From Eledone cirrhosa (lineage: Eukaryota): a stretch of DNA of 64,000 nt. The position numbers and the translations under genes were made by a program. Below the pieces are notes generated by a model. It did not search any database and was not told where the DNA came from. It worked only from the letters and a program-made list of their open reading frames with translations. Below, piece after piece: positions 54,468 to 64,000 of this stretch. Each line of letters opens with the position of its first letter. Position 1 is the stretch's first letter. Location: contig OZ024744.1 in the NCBI GenBank assembly GCA_964016885.1, forward strand, positions 42,160,001-42,224,000, read 5' to 3'.

Positions 54468-55087
54468 GTGTGTATGTGTAAAAGGTTAACAGAAATAACA
54501 AAAATAACAAAACAGACAGCACAGTACATGAAAGAAATATATTAGTTTAATGCTTGAAATAGCAGGAAGAAAGACTTAACGTGTCAGACACTAGTCCTTC
54601 ATCAGAAGACAGAGTTAGAAATAGAAGATAAATAGAAAGTAAAGAGTGGTGAGAGGAAGATAATGAAGAAAATGAGGAAAAAAAAATGGAGAGAAAAAAA
54701 ACACATGCGTATTCAGCCAGCCATCTTGGAGAGTGTGTGATGTGGCTATATATATATTTAATAAGTAATAGATTGTTCTAATGTTACTGCAATCCACTGG
54801 AATGAATGAAACCATTAAATTATCTGATTTATTTTAATTTTAATTGTTCATTTGTTCAGCAGGGTATATGTTTGTAATATATAATGCAGAATTTCAGAAA
54901 ACTGAGGGAAGATTTCCCCAAGATACAAAATAATCATGACCAAGTTATTAATATACAACGTATCTTCACAGTAAATATTTTCAGGAATTGGATTTCCATT
55001 CTCTTTTCTAGTCACTTTACTTCACTTGCATAGCTTGACTCAAGAGAAATATGTAAATACCAAAGAAGCCTATTTTATCTTTTCTAT

Positions 55088-55497
55088 CTATATATATATA
55101 AAACTGTCTATACAATCCACATTTCTAAACAAATCCACATTTCTACTCCGATTGATTTCAAACTTGCATTTATATATTCCTTGCGGTCTAAAGATATTTA
55201 CTGTAGCTTTTATTTTTCAATTTTCTGTTGTTAAAGGGGCCGGTTATCCATTCTCCGTCGCGCTCTTATAATATCTGTCTGTATGCCTGGTGTCTGCATT
55301 ACGACATTCTGACGAACATTGATGACGTATTATGTTCACTATTTTCCGTTCAAAGTATCGTCTTCCTGTTTTCTTTCGGTTGCAACGTTTTTCGAAATAT
55401 TTACTTCTGCGTTCACAGATTGATTTTTTAGTTTCAGAAGATCCCGTTAAAGGTGAAAGCAACGATTCTTTGCTTAAACTTTAATCTGTTATTGTAA
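55088..55497 (+). mobile_element. Helitron-like 5' fragment (probable host of the nested copy)
   Basis: Starts A^TCTATATATATATAAAACTG; contains CGTCGCGCTCTTATAATA..GTCTGCATTACG, shared with the 5' end of the 15559-16348 element. Confidence 0.55.
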
Positions 55498-56227
55498 TCT
55501 ATATATGTATATATATAAAAAACTGAGGAAGGATGTATGTATGTATGTATGTATGTATGTATGTATGTATGTATGTATGTATGTATGTATGTATGTGTGT
55601 ATGTGTGTGTGTATGTGTGTATGTGTGTGTGTGTGTGAAAGCCGAGAAGTACCCAACCGATCTTTTTCAAACTTTACATGTGTATTACTTATATTTCAGG
55701 GAGTGTTATTCACATAAAAAATTCAACTTTTTGATCCCCTAGGGCCCGCATTAGGAGAAAAAACTGCGTTTTTTCCAGCCTTTTAGAGTTTTTTTAGGCG
55801 TTACGTCAGACCGATTTCCTTGAAATTGTAACTATGTATTAGTAAGTCTCTTCTTCATACCGTGAGCAAAGAAAATCCAACTTTTTCATGGCCTAGGGCA
55901 CGCATTGGGTGAAAAACTTCATTTTTTTTTTTTCAGCATTTTGGGGCTTTTTTGAGGCGTTACGTCTAGCCGATTTTTCCCGAAATTTCAAGGTATATTA
56001 TGCACATAAAAAAAATTCATTTTCTTGATCCTCTAGATGATTTCATTAGGTGAAAACCTGCATTTTTCCTGCTTCATCGAGGAAAATCTTAGATTATCCA
56101 GCCATCAGAATATTCGGTTTATTTTCTTTACATATTGTATAGGCATGCAGTTTTTCCACGATTAGTTCTGTTGGCGGCCCGCGTTCCAAAATACCTCATC
56201 CCGTGCAACGCCGGGTACCACTGCTAG
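55498..56227 (+). mobile_element. Non-autonomous Helitron
   Basis: A^TCTATATATG start, internal (TATG)n, CCCGTGCAACGCCGGG hairpin + CTAG end; homologous to 15559-16260. Confidence 0.85.
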
Positions 56228-56420
56228 AAAATATAATAAAGTATAATTTAAGCAGTCTCATGTTCTTGGATAATCTGGATAGACTGCAATGCATGCATAC
56301 TTATGTATGCATGCATACATATATATATGATGGTTACCCCCTCGTTTTCGAGTATGGTCATTGCATGAAAAAAAACAACATAATATCGACAATAATAATA
56401 ACAACAATAATAATAACAAT

Positions 56421-58226
56421 AATGGGATTTTAATACGCTCCTTACTCTCCTAATGTACTCAGATCTTATCAATTCCTTCATTGTTCTGCCTCCAGAACAC
56501 CAAAATATTTGTATCCTTCTTCAGTGTCAATTTCCTTTATCATCTCACCTGTTGGTACCTGGATTCCGTTGCTTCTACTCAATTTACCCCTCTTCATCAC
56601 AAGGACTCCACACTTACTAATACCAAATTGCATACATATATCATTGCTGAAAATATGGACAGTGTCAACAAGTACATCCAACTCCTTCTCACTCTTCCCG
56701 AAGAGCTTAAGATCGTCCATGAAGAGGAGGTGGTTGATGGTAAGCTCTCTTTTCCCAACTTGTATCCTGCTCTCACTTTTTGCAATATAACGGTCAGGGG
56801 TATCAGGGTAAGGACAAAAAGCAGAGGAGACAAACTATCTCCCTGGAAGATACCTTTCTTGATCTTCACGCCTCCCAAGGATTCTCCACACGATGTTATC
56901 TCTGTTTCCCAGGACTTCATACTTTTTCTAAACAACTGTTAGATGTTATCTGCCACCTGGAAGATCTCTAGGCTTTTGGTTATCCAAGAATGAGGTACCA
57001 TGTCGAATGCCTTTTTGTAATCTATCACATCTAAATAGTAGGAATGCCATAAGTGCAGTGGATTCCCGAGCTGTGTCTATTATTAGGTACAGTGCTGGAA
57101 TTCTGAGATGGAATGTTGCTGAACAAAAAGAAATGGATAGGAAGACTAGGAAGCTATTGACTATCTACAACATGTTCCACAAGATGAGTGATCTCGATAG
57201 ACTCTACTTAAGGAGATCTGAAGGTGAAAGAGGTCTTATCAGCATAGAGGACTGTGTTCAGATGGAGAAAAACAACCTGCACAAATACGTGACTGACAGT
57301 AGGGAGCCAATGCTCAGAACTGTACTGAAGGGGGGGGGCAATAGACCAGGGGATGTCCAAGGAGTAAATAACAACAAGGAGAAAGAGCAACCTTCATGAA
57401 AAATCCCTTCATAGTACCTTCTTTGAGAAAACTGAATTTAGAGATCCACAGACATGGAACTCGTTAAAAAGAGGAGACCTTTAAAAAGCTACAGAAGGAA
57501 TTCTAATGGCTGCGCAAGAGAAAGCCCTCAAAACGAAGTGGGTGAAACACCATATTTACAAGGAGGAGGCTAGCCCACTGTGCAGGATCTGTGGAGAGAG
57601 AGAAGAGACTGCGGCTCACATCGTATCCGAGTGTAAACACCTAGCCCAGAGTCACTATAAAGGCTGGAGACATGATGTGATAGGCAGGGTGATCCACTGG
57701 CATCTATGCAAAGTAAACAATTTACCACATTCTGAGAAGTGGTAAGAGCACAAGCCAGAGTCGGTGATAGAATACGATAAGGTGAAGGTGCTATGGGATT
57801 TTAGGATACAGACGGACAAGAAATTAGAACACAATAGGCTTGACCTGGTGGTTTTCAACAAGGAGAAAAGATCATGCCTGATTGTAGATGTAGCCTCACC
57901 ATTTGACACGACAGTGCAAGAAAAGAAGAGGGAGAGAATTAACCGATATCAAGATTTAAAGTGGGAGGTAAAAAGGATTTGGAACTGCTATGAAATGAAG
58001 GTTGTCCCGATTGTCATAGGTGCACTAGGTACTATCTCAAAGAGTTTCCAAGGATGGTCAAAGAAGATTAGTCCAGCCCCGCTTTTTGGAGCACTTCAAA
58101 AGGCATGCTTGCTGGGAACAGCAAGAACCCTCCGATACGTCCTGAATATCTGAGGCTGCAGGTAGTGGCTTGATATTCATTTCAACAAACTTTCCAGTTA
58201 AATAACATCAATGACTGAGACCCAAA

Positions 58227-58227
<1 letters not shown>
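56421..58227 (+). mobile_element. R4/Dong LINE with 5' inversion (56421-57023 antisense, 57024-58227 sense)
   Basis: Antisense RT from IDYKKAFD to RVRSVLKS; sense resumes SHLNSRNA and runs to RTLRYVLNI; (TAA)n on both sides. Confidence 0.92.
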
Positions 58228-58284
<57 letters not shown>

Positions 58285-58285
<1 letters not shown>

Positions 58286-60795
58286 TTGCAAAGAGTGCAA
58301 AAATCAGGCGATACGAGAACAGAGTCAGTCAGTATAAACAGAACCGCATGTTCGACAACAACCAGAAGATGCTGTTTGGACAGCTTGAGGGGAAAGAAAG
58401 AGGCAACGACTTGATCCCTGGGGCGGAGCAAACTAAAACATTCTGGAGAGGAATATGGGAGCAGGATGTTAGACACAATGCCCAGGCAGGGTGGATTGAG
58501 ACAGTACAGAGGGAGATCGGTGAGCAGGCACAACAACAAACTGATTTGAGTATCACAGTTGAAACTCTTAAGGGGCAGGCCAAAAAACTAACCAACTGGA
58601 AATCACCAGGCCCAGATGGTGTGCAGGGGTAGTGGATTAAACATTTAACATCCCTCCACCCGAAGCTGACGGCCATGTTCAATGACTGCTTGGTGTCGGG
58701 TGAGGTGCCAGAGTGGTTGACAAAAGGTACCACAGTTCTGATAATGAAAGACCGAATCAAGGGTAATGATGTTACCAACTATAGACCTATCACATGTCTG
58801 TCCGTAATGTGGAAACTGTTGACGAGCATTGTGTCTGAGGAAATCTACCATCACCTCCACACAAACAACTTGTTACCGGACGAACAGAAAGGATGCCGAA
58901 AGAAGTCACGTGGTACAAAGGACCAGTTACTTATTGATAAGATGGTAATGGGGAATTGCAGGAGGAGACACACTGATCTTGCCATGGGATGGATAGACTA
59001 CAGAAAGGCATTTGACATGGTGCCTCATTCCTGGATCACCAAAAGTCTGGAGATCTTCAGGGTGGCAGATAACATCAGACAGTTGCTAGGCAGGAGTATG
59101 GGGTCCTGGGAGACAGAGTTGACATCAACTGGAGTATCCTTGGGAAGCGTGAAGATCAAGAGAGGTATCTTCCAGGGAGTTTGTTCTTTGTCCTTGCCCT
59201 GATGCCCTTGACCATTATGCTGCGAAAAGTGAGAGCAGGATACAAGTTGGGAAGGGGAGAGCTTACCATCAATCACCTCCTCTTCATGGACGATCTTAAG
59301 CTCTTCGGGAAAAGTGAGAAGGAGTTGGATGTGCTTGTTGACACTGTCCGTATTTTCAGCAGTGATATATGTATGCAGTTTGGTATTGGTAAATGTGGAG
59401 TCATTGTGATGAAGAGGGGTAGGTTGAGCAGAAGTAACGGGATCCAGATACCAACAGGTGAGATGATAAAGGAAATTGACTCTGAGGAAGGATACAAGTA
59501 TTTGGGCGTTCTGGAGGCTGATGGCATAAAGAGCAAAAAAATGAAGGAATTGTTAAGAACTGAATACATTCGGAGAGTAAGGAGCGTATTGAAGTCACAT
59601 CTGAACAGCAGAAATGCCATAAGCGCAGTAAATTCCCGAGCTTTGTCTATTATTAGGTACAGTGCGGGAATTCTGAGATGGAATGTTGCTGAACAAAAAG
59701 AAATGGATAGGAAGACTAGGAAGCTATTGACTATCTACAACATGTTCCACAAGAGGAGTGATGTCGATAGACTCTACCTAAGGAGATCTGAGGGTGGAAG
59801 AGGTCTTATCAGCATAGAGGACTGTGTTCAGATGGAGAAAAACAACCTATACAAATACGTGACCTATAGTAAGGAGCCAATGCTCAAAACTGTACTGAAG
59901 GAGGGGACAGTAGGCCAGGGGATATCCAAGGAGGAAATAACATCAAGGAGGAAGAGCAGCCTTAAGGGAAAATCCCTTCATAGTACCTTCTTTGAGAAAA
60001 CTGAATTTAGAGATCCACAGACATGGAACTGGTTGAGAAGAGGAGACCTCAAAAATGCTACAGAAGGAATGCTAATGGCTGCGCAGGAGCAGGCCCTCAA
60101 AACGAAGTGGTTGAAGCACCATATCTACAAGGAGGAGGCTAGCCCACTGTGCAGGATCTGTGGAGAGAGAGAGGAGACTGTGGCTCACATTGTGTCCGAG
60201 TGTAAACACCTAGCCCAGACCCACTATAAGGGCTGGAGACACGATGTGATGGGCAGGGTGATCCACTGGCACCTGTGCAAAGTAAACAATTTACCACATT
60301 CTGAGAAATGGTATGAGCATAGGCCAGAGGCGGTGATGGAGAACAATCAGGTGAAGGTGCTGTGGGATTTTAGGATACAGACGGACAAAAAACTGGAACA
60401 CAATAGACCTGACCTGGTGGTTGTGGACAAAGAAAAAAGATCGTGTCTGATTGTGGATGTGGCCTGCCCGTTCGACACGAGAGTGCAAGAGAAGGAGAGG
60501 GAGAAAATTAACCGATACCAGGACCTAAAGTGGGAGGTCAAAAGGATTTGGAACTGCCATGAAGTCAAAGTGATCCCGATTGTCATAGGCGCACTGGGGA
60601 CTATCTCCAAAAGTTTCCAGGGATGGTTAAAGAAAATCGGCCCCTTCACGCTTTTTGGAACGCTTCAAAAGGCATGCTTGCTTGGAACAGCAAGAACCCT
60701 CCGATACGTCCTGAATATCTGAGGCTGCAGGTAGTGGCTTGATATTCAATTCAACGGACTTTCCAGTTAACCAACATCAATGACTGAGATTCAAG

Positions 60796-60797
<2 letters not shown>
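58285..60797 (+). mobile_element. 5'-truncated R4/Dong LINE (RT + zinc knuckle + restriction-like endonuclease)
   Basis: NYRPITCL, IDYRKAFD, FMDD, CRICGEREETVAHIVSEC, RHD, RPDLV..IVDV; one stop near 58630 and a small frameshifting deletion near 59178; within (TAA)n. Confidence 0.95.
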
Positions 60798-60829
<32 letters not shown>

Positions 60830-60830
<1 letters not shown>

Positions 60831-62307
60831 TTTTCTTTATTAACCACAAGGGTTTACATAAAGTAGACATTAAGGACAGTACAGGACAATACAGGACGGT
60901 ACAAATGGGCATTTCTGCGTGTAAAAAAAACGGAGGTTGAAATAAAATAACAAAGAAAAATTTCCCAATAGGAGGGAGACTTCCGAGGGACATTTGCGGA
61001 GAAAGCCCATTAAAAGACCACAGTGGCCCTGACCACCAGGGCAAGTCCCCTCTCCCAGTTTTCCACCTTTAATTTACAGACACATACTCAGAGAAGGCCC
61101 ATTCATTCAGGCCATACTTGCTTCTCTCACTCATCTTTCAACAAAATGCTGGGAAGAGAGCACTTCCCTCTCTACCCTGATTTTCCTTTTCAAATGAAAT
61201 TTGAAAAAGTTAATCAGAGCATCACCGAAGAGGTAAGTGCTCGTCTTCAGCCCTTTCAAACGTGTCCACCATACTATCTCTTTCGCCATGGCCACCAGAC
61301 AGATAAAAACTGCCTGCCCTTCCCGGCTAAAGGAAGGGGGCGGGGCAATCCTCACGATGGACTCAGCTGATAGCTGGATCCGTCCTACACGTGACAGCAG
61401 GTGTTCGACATAAACCCACAAGTCAGCAATGCTCGGACACTGGACGAGTGCGTGCAGGACGGTTTCGTCGCCCTGCGCGCATCTCGGACATGCCCGGCTG
61501 ACGGCACCTCCATGCCTGTAGAGTTTATCCCGAACTGGCAAAGCTCCACGGTAGCACTGCCAGGCCAGGGATTTCTGGAAGTTGTCCACAAGCCCCGGCC
61601 CGAAAGTCCTTCCGAAGAAATTGGCTAGTTGATTTTCGTCGACGCCTAGAGTTTCTCCAAGTACGTCGTCGCTCTTCCCCTCCACTAATCCCCTATAGAA
61701 CGCCAAGGTGGAGTTTCCACCGATCACATTGCCCGATTGGTCGAGGGCTGTGAGCGCCTGAAGACATTTCAGTCTCTAAGCGCTCCCTCTCGGTCTTCGC
61801 TTGACCCAGGACTGCAGCTCCGTCAAGGAGACGAGCTGGGGAAAAACGCGTCTAGCAAACGGCGACCACACCTGATCACCGTCGAGGAAGAGGTGGAGAT
61901 GTCGTAGCCTGAGCGCGTGTCTGCGCATCATCAGCCACGGCATACCCAGCCCTCCACGTAGCGGGTGTTGACAGCATATGGACCGCCTGACCATCGGAGC
62001 GCGTCCCTTCCTCAAGAAGCGAAACAGCAAACGCTCCAGCGCAGTCAGGCGGGGCTTAGGACAAGGTACGACGGTCAGGCGGTAGTAGATGACGGATGCG
62101 ATGTACGCATTCGCCACCTCCGCTCGACCTTTCAGGGATAGCTTCCTCTCGGCCCATTTCTGGGTGAGAGAAGCCACCCTGCTGGTCACCTCGTCCCAGT
62201 TTTTGTCCGTCTGGAGGTCTGGACCGAACCAGACCCTAGCAACGACGACGCTGTTGGACGGCATGGACCTGCCTCTCCAGGTGCCGAGCTGCAGGCCCAC
62301 TGACTTT
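60830..62307 (-). mobile_element. 5'-truncated Tx1-like LINE, flanked by (ATT)n on both sides
   Basis: WAERKLSLKGRAEV..GGLGMP; CPRCAQGDETVLHALVQCP; GC-rich. Confidence 0.9.
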
Positions 62308-62333
62308 TATAATAATAATAATAATAATAATAA

Positions 62334-64000
62334 GTGGAGACAATTATTAATAATTTCATTCTTAAGCCACGCAATGCTCACATTAAGGAACCACTCATGA
62401 TAATAACAATTTAAAAAAACAACAAAAAGAAAACCCCGTGACCAAGAAATACCGGGATGGCGGCCGGCGGGGAATAGCCGTGTCTCTAGGGGAGAACGAC
62501 CCCTCTAGTCTTGGTTGACACTCGTTCTAGAAGTGGTAACACGAAATGATTACCCCTTGGCGGATAAGTATAAAACGCGACAAAATAAAGTAAATGTCTA
62601 ATGATAAAATCTTATACCGGATCGGCCGTCACCCGGGTAAAAAAGGGCCGCGTCCCTCAGAGAGGGACCAGACTGGGGTCGAAAAATCAGCTAATGGTTC
62701 AAACCTTCTCATCACTTCGGAGCTGGAGACCTCCCATAACCGGAATACTCCTACTGTTGGCCCTCCATGCTCACCACCAAGAAATCCAAAGAAAAAGAGA
62801 GAAAAATGGTCAAGGGAAGATAATAAAGAAGTCCTTGAGGCTTTCTACACTGCCATGTACTACCCATCAAATACATCGAATACAGAACAGACATATATCA
62901 ACTGGAAAAAGAAACATCCCGAAAACAGAGGCTATATTGACAGTAACAAACTAGCCAATATACGAAGAAATATTGTAAGAAAAAAGTTACTAACTGATAT
63001 AGAAATTGATCAGATCAAGCTATTAGCACAAAGTCAGCGAAGGGAAAATGAAACATGCGTCAGTGAAAACGAGGTAAACTGTAACACTTCGAACCCCAGG
63101 GTTGGGGCGGAATCACTGGCAACAGAACAAATTAAAGAAAGGATCGAAAAAGTGGAGGGAGTGCATGCTCAGGATGAAACTCCAAATGAAAATAATGAGA
63201 TCGTAAATGATAAAGAAATGAATGAGAATGAATTTGCCAACTTGAAGGATGAAATTATGATCGAATGGATGAAAATGAAAGAATCTGACATGGGGCAACG
63301 AGACACCCTCCCTAAGATCCAGAAATCGAAACAGAACCAAAAGATAATACACAAGACTAACATAATTCTCAAAAACATTATCATCACAAACAAACTAAAC
63401 ATTACTGATTTAAATCATCTCTATTATGCATCGGCTAAAGTCACCTCTCACTTATGTGGAGTGAAGATGAAAAAACAAAGGAATTCCCACAAGAAATCTA
63501 CTTGGCAAGAGAACATCAATCGCCAAATAAACCTTCTCCGATCTGACATAGAAATTTTAACAAACTATAAAGTAGGTGAACATGTTAAACAAACTAAACT
63601 TAGAAAATTGAAAAAAAAGTACAGTATAAAATCAACATGTGACATAGACATGCTGATAGAAATAATCAAGCAAAAAGTGTCGGCCAAAGTTGCTCGTATA
63701 AGGCGCTTTGAAAAACGATCTAGATTCTATAAGGACAATAATATGTTCAAAAACAACCAAAGAAACTTCTACAGAAAAATTGGTAAGTCAACAATAACTG
63801 CTAAAACAATACCACCTAAGGAGGAAGTGCAAGAATTCTGGGAAAAGATCTGGGCCGAAGAAAAAGTTCATAACATACATGCCCCATGGATAGACAGACA
63901 AATGAAAGATACAGCTCACCTTGAGGAACAAATATGGGAAAATATAACAGTTGAACAGTTGCGCTTGGCTCTAAGAAAAACCAGCAAATGGAAATCCCCA
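62334..64000 (+). mobile_element. 5' part of an apparently full-length R4/Dong LINE (divergent from the 58-kb copies)
   Basis: Follows (TAA)n; ~260-nt leader, then the long ORF annotated below. Confidence 0.85.
62594..64000 (+). CDS. Dong-like retrotransposon polyprotein N-terminus, open to the window end (469 codons)
   Basis: Hand translation MSNDKILYR...KWSREDNKEVLEAFY...NNMFKNNQRNFYRK...FWEKIW...WKSP with no stop seen; C-terminal part aligns with MFDNNQKMLF..FWRGIW..WKSPGPD at 58348. Confidence 0.85.
   Translation, partial: MSNDKILYRIGRHPGKKGPRPSERDQTGVEKSANGSNLLITSELETSHNRNTPTVGPPCSPPRNPKKKREKWSREDNKEVLEAFYTAMYYPSNTSNTEQTYINWKKKHPENRGYIDSNKLANIRRNIVRKKLLTDIEIDQIKLLAQSQRRENETCVSENEVNCNTSNPRVGAESLATEQIKERIEKVEGVHAQDETPNENNEIVNDKEMNENEFANLKDEIMIEWMKMKESDMGQRDTLPKIQKSKQNQKIIHKTNIILKNIIITNKLNITDLNHLYYASAKVTSHLCGVKMKKQRNSHKKSTWQENINRQINLLRSDIEILTNYKVGEHVKQTKLRKLKKKYSIKSTCDIDMLIEIIKQKVSAKVARIRRFEKRSRFYKDNNMFKNNQRNFYRKIGKSTITAKTIPPKEEVQEFWEKIWAEEKVHNIHAPWIDRQMKDTAHLEEQIWENITVEQLRLALRKTSKWKSP

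Overview
AT-rich, microsatellite-dense eukaryotic DNA. The SINE/LINE repertoire resembles an octopus-like cephalopod (inference). I found no host protein-coding gene that I can support. The window is almost entirely repeats: a 44/22-bp satellite, many mostly decayed non-LTR retrotransposons (RTE, Tx1-like, R4/Dong, CRE-like, a Penelope GIY-YIG relic), tRNA-derived SINEs, non-autonomous Helitrons, a mariner relic and a hAT MITE. The main hidden signal is about a dozen type I hammerhead ribozyme motifs from several sequence families. Most sit in non-coding partial-tandem or inverted repeat elements bounded by (TA)n tracts (Penelope pLTR / retrozyme-like). Also notable: a (TAA)n hotspot with stacked Dong and Tx1 insertions, a twin-priming-type 5' inversion in a Dong element, an uninterrupted Dong ORF running off the window end that the ORF track misses, and a PHD finger embedded in the RTE reverse transcriptase. 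Boundaries of decayed elements were read by eye and are approximate.
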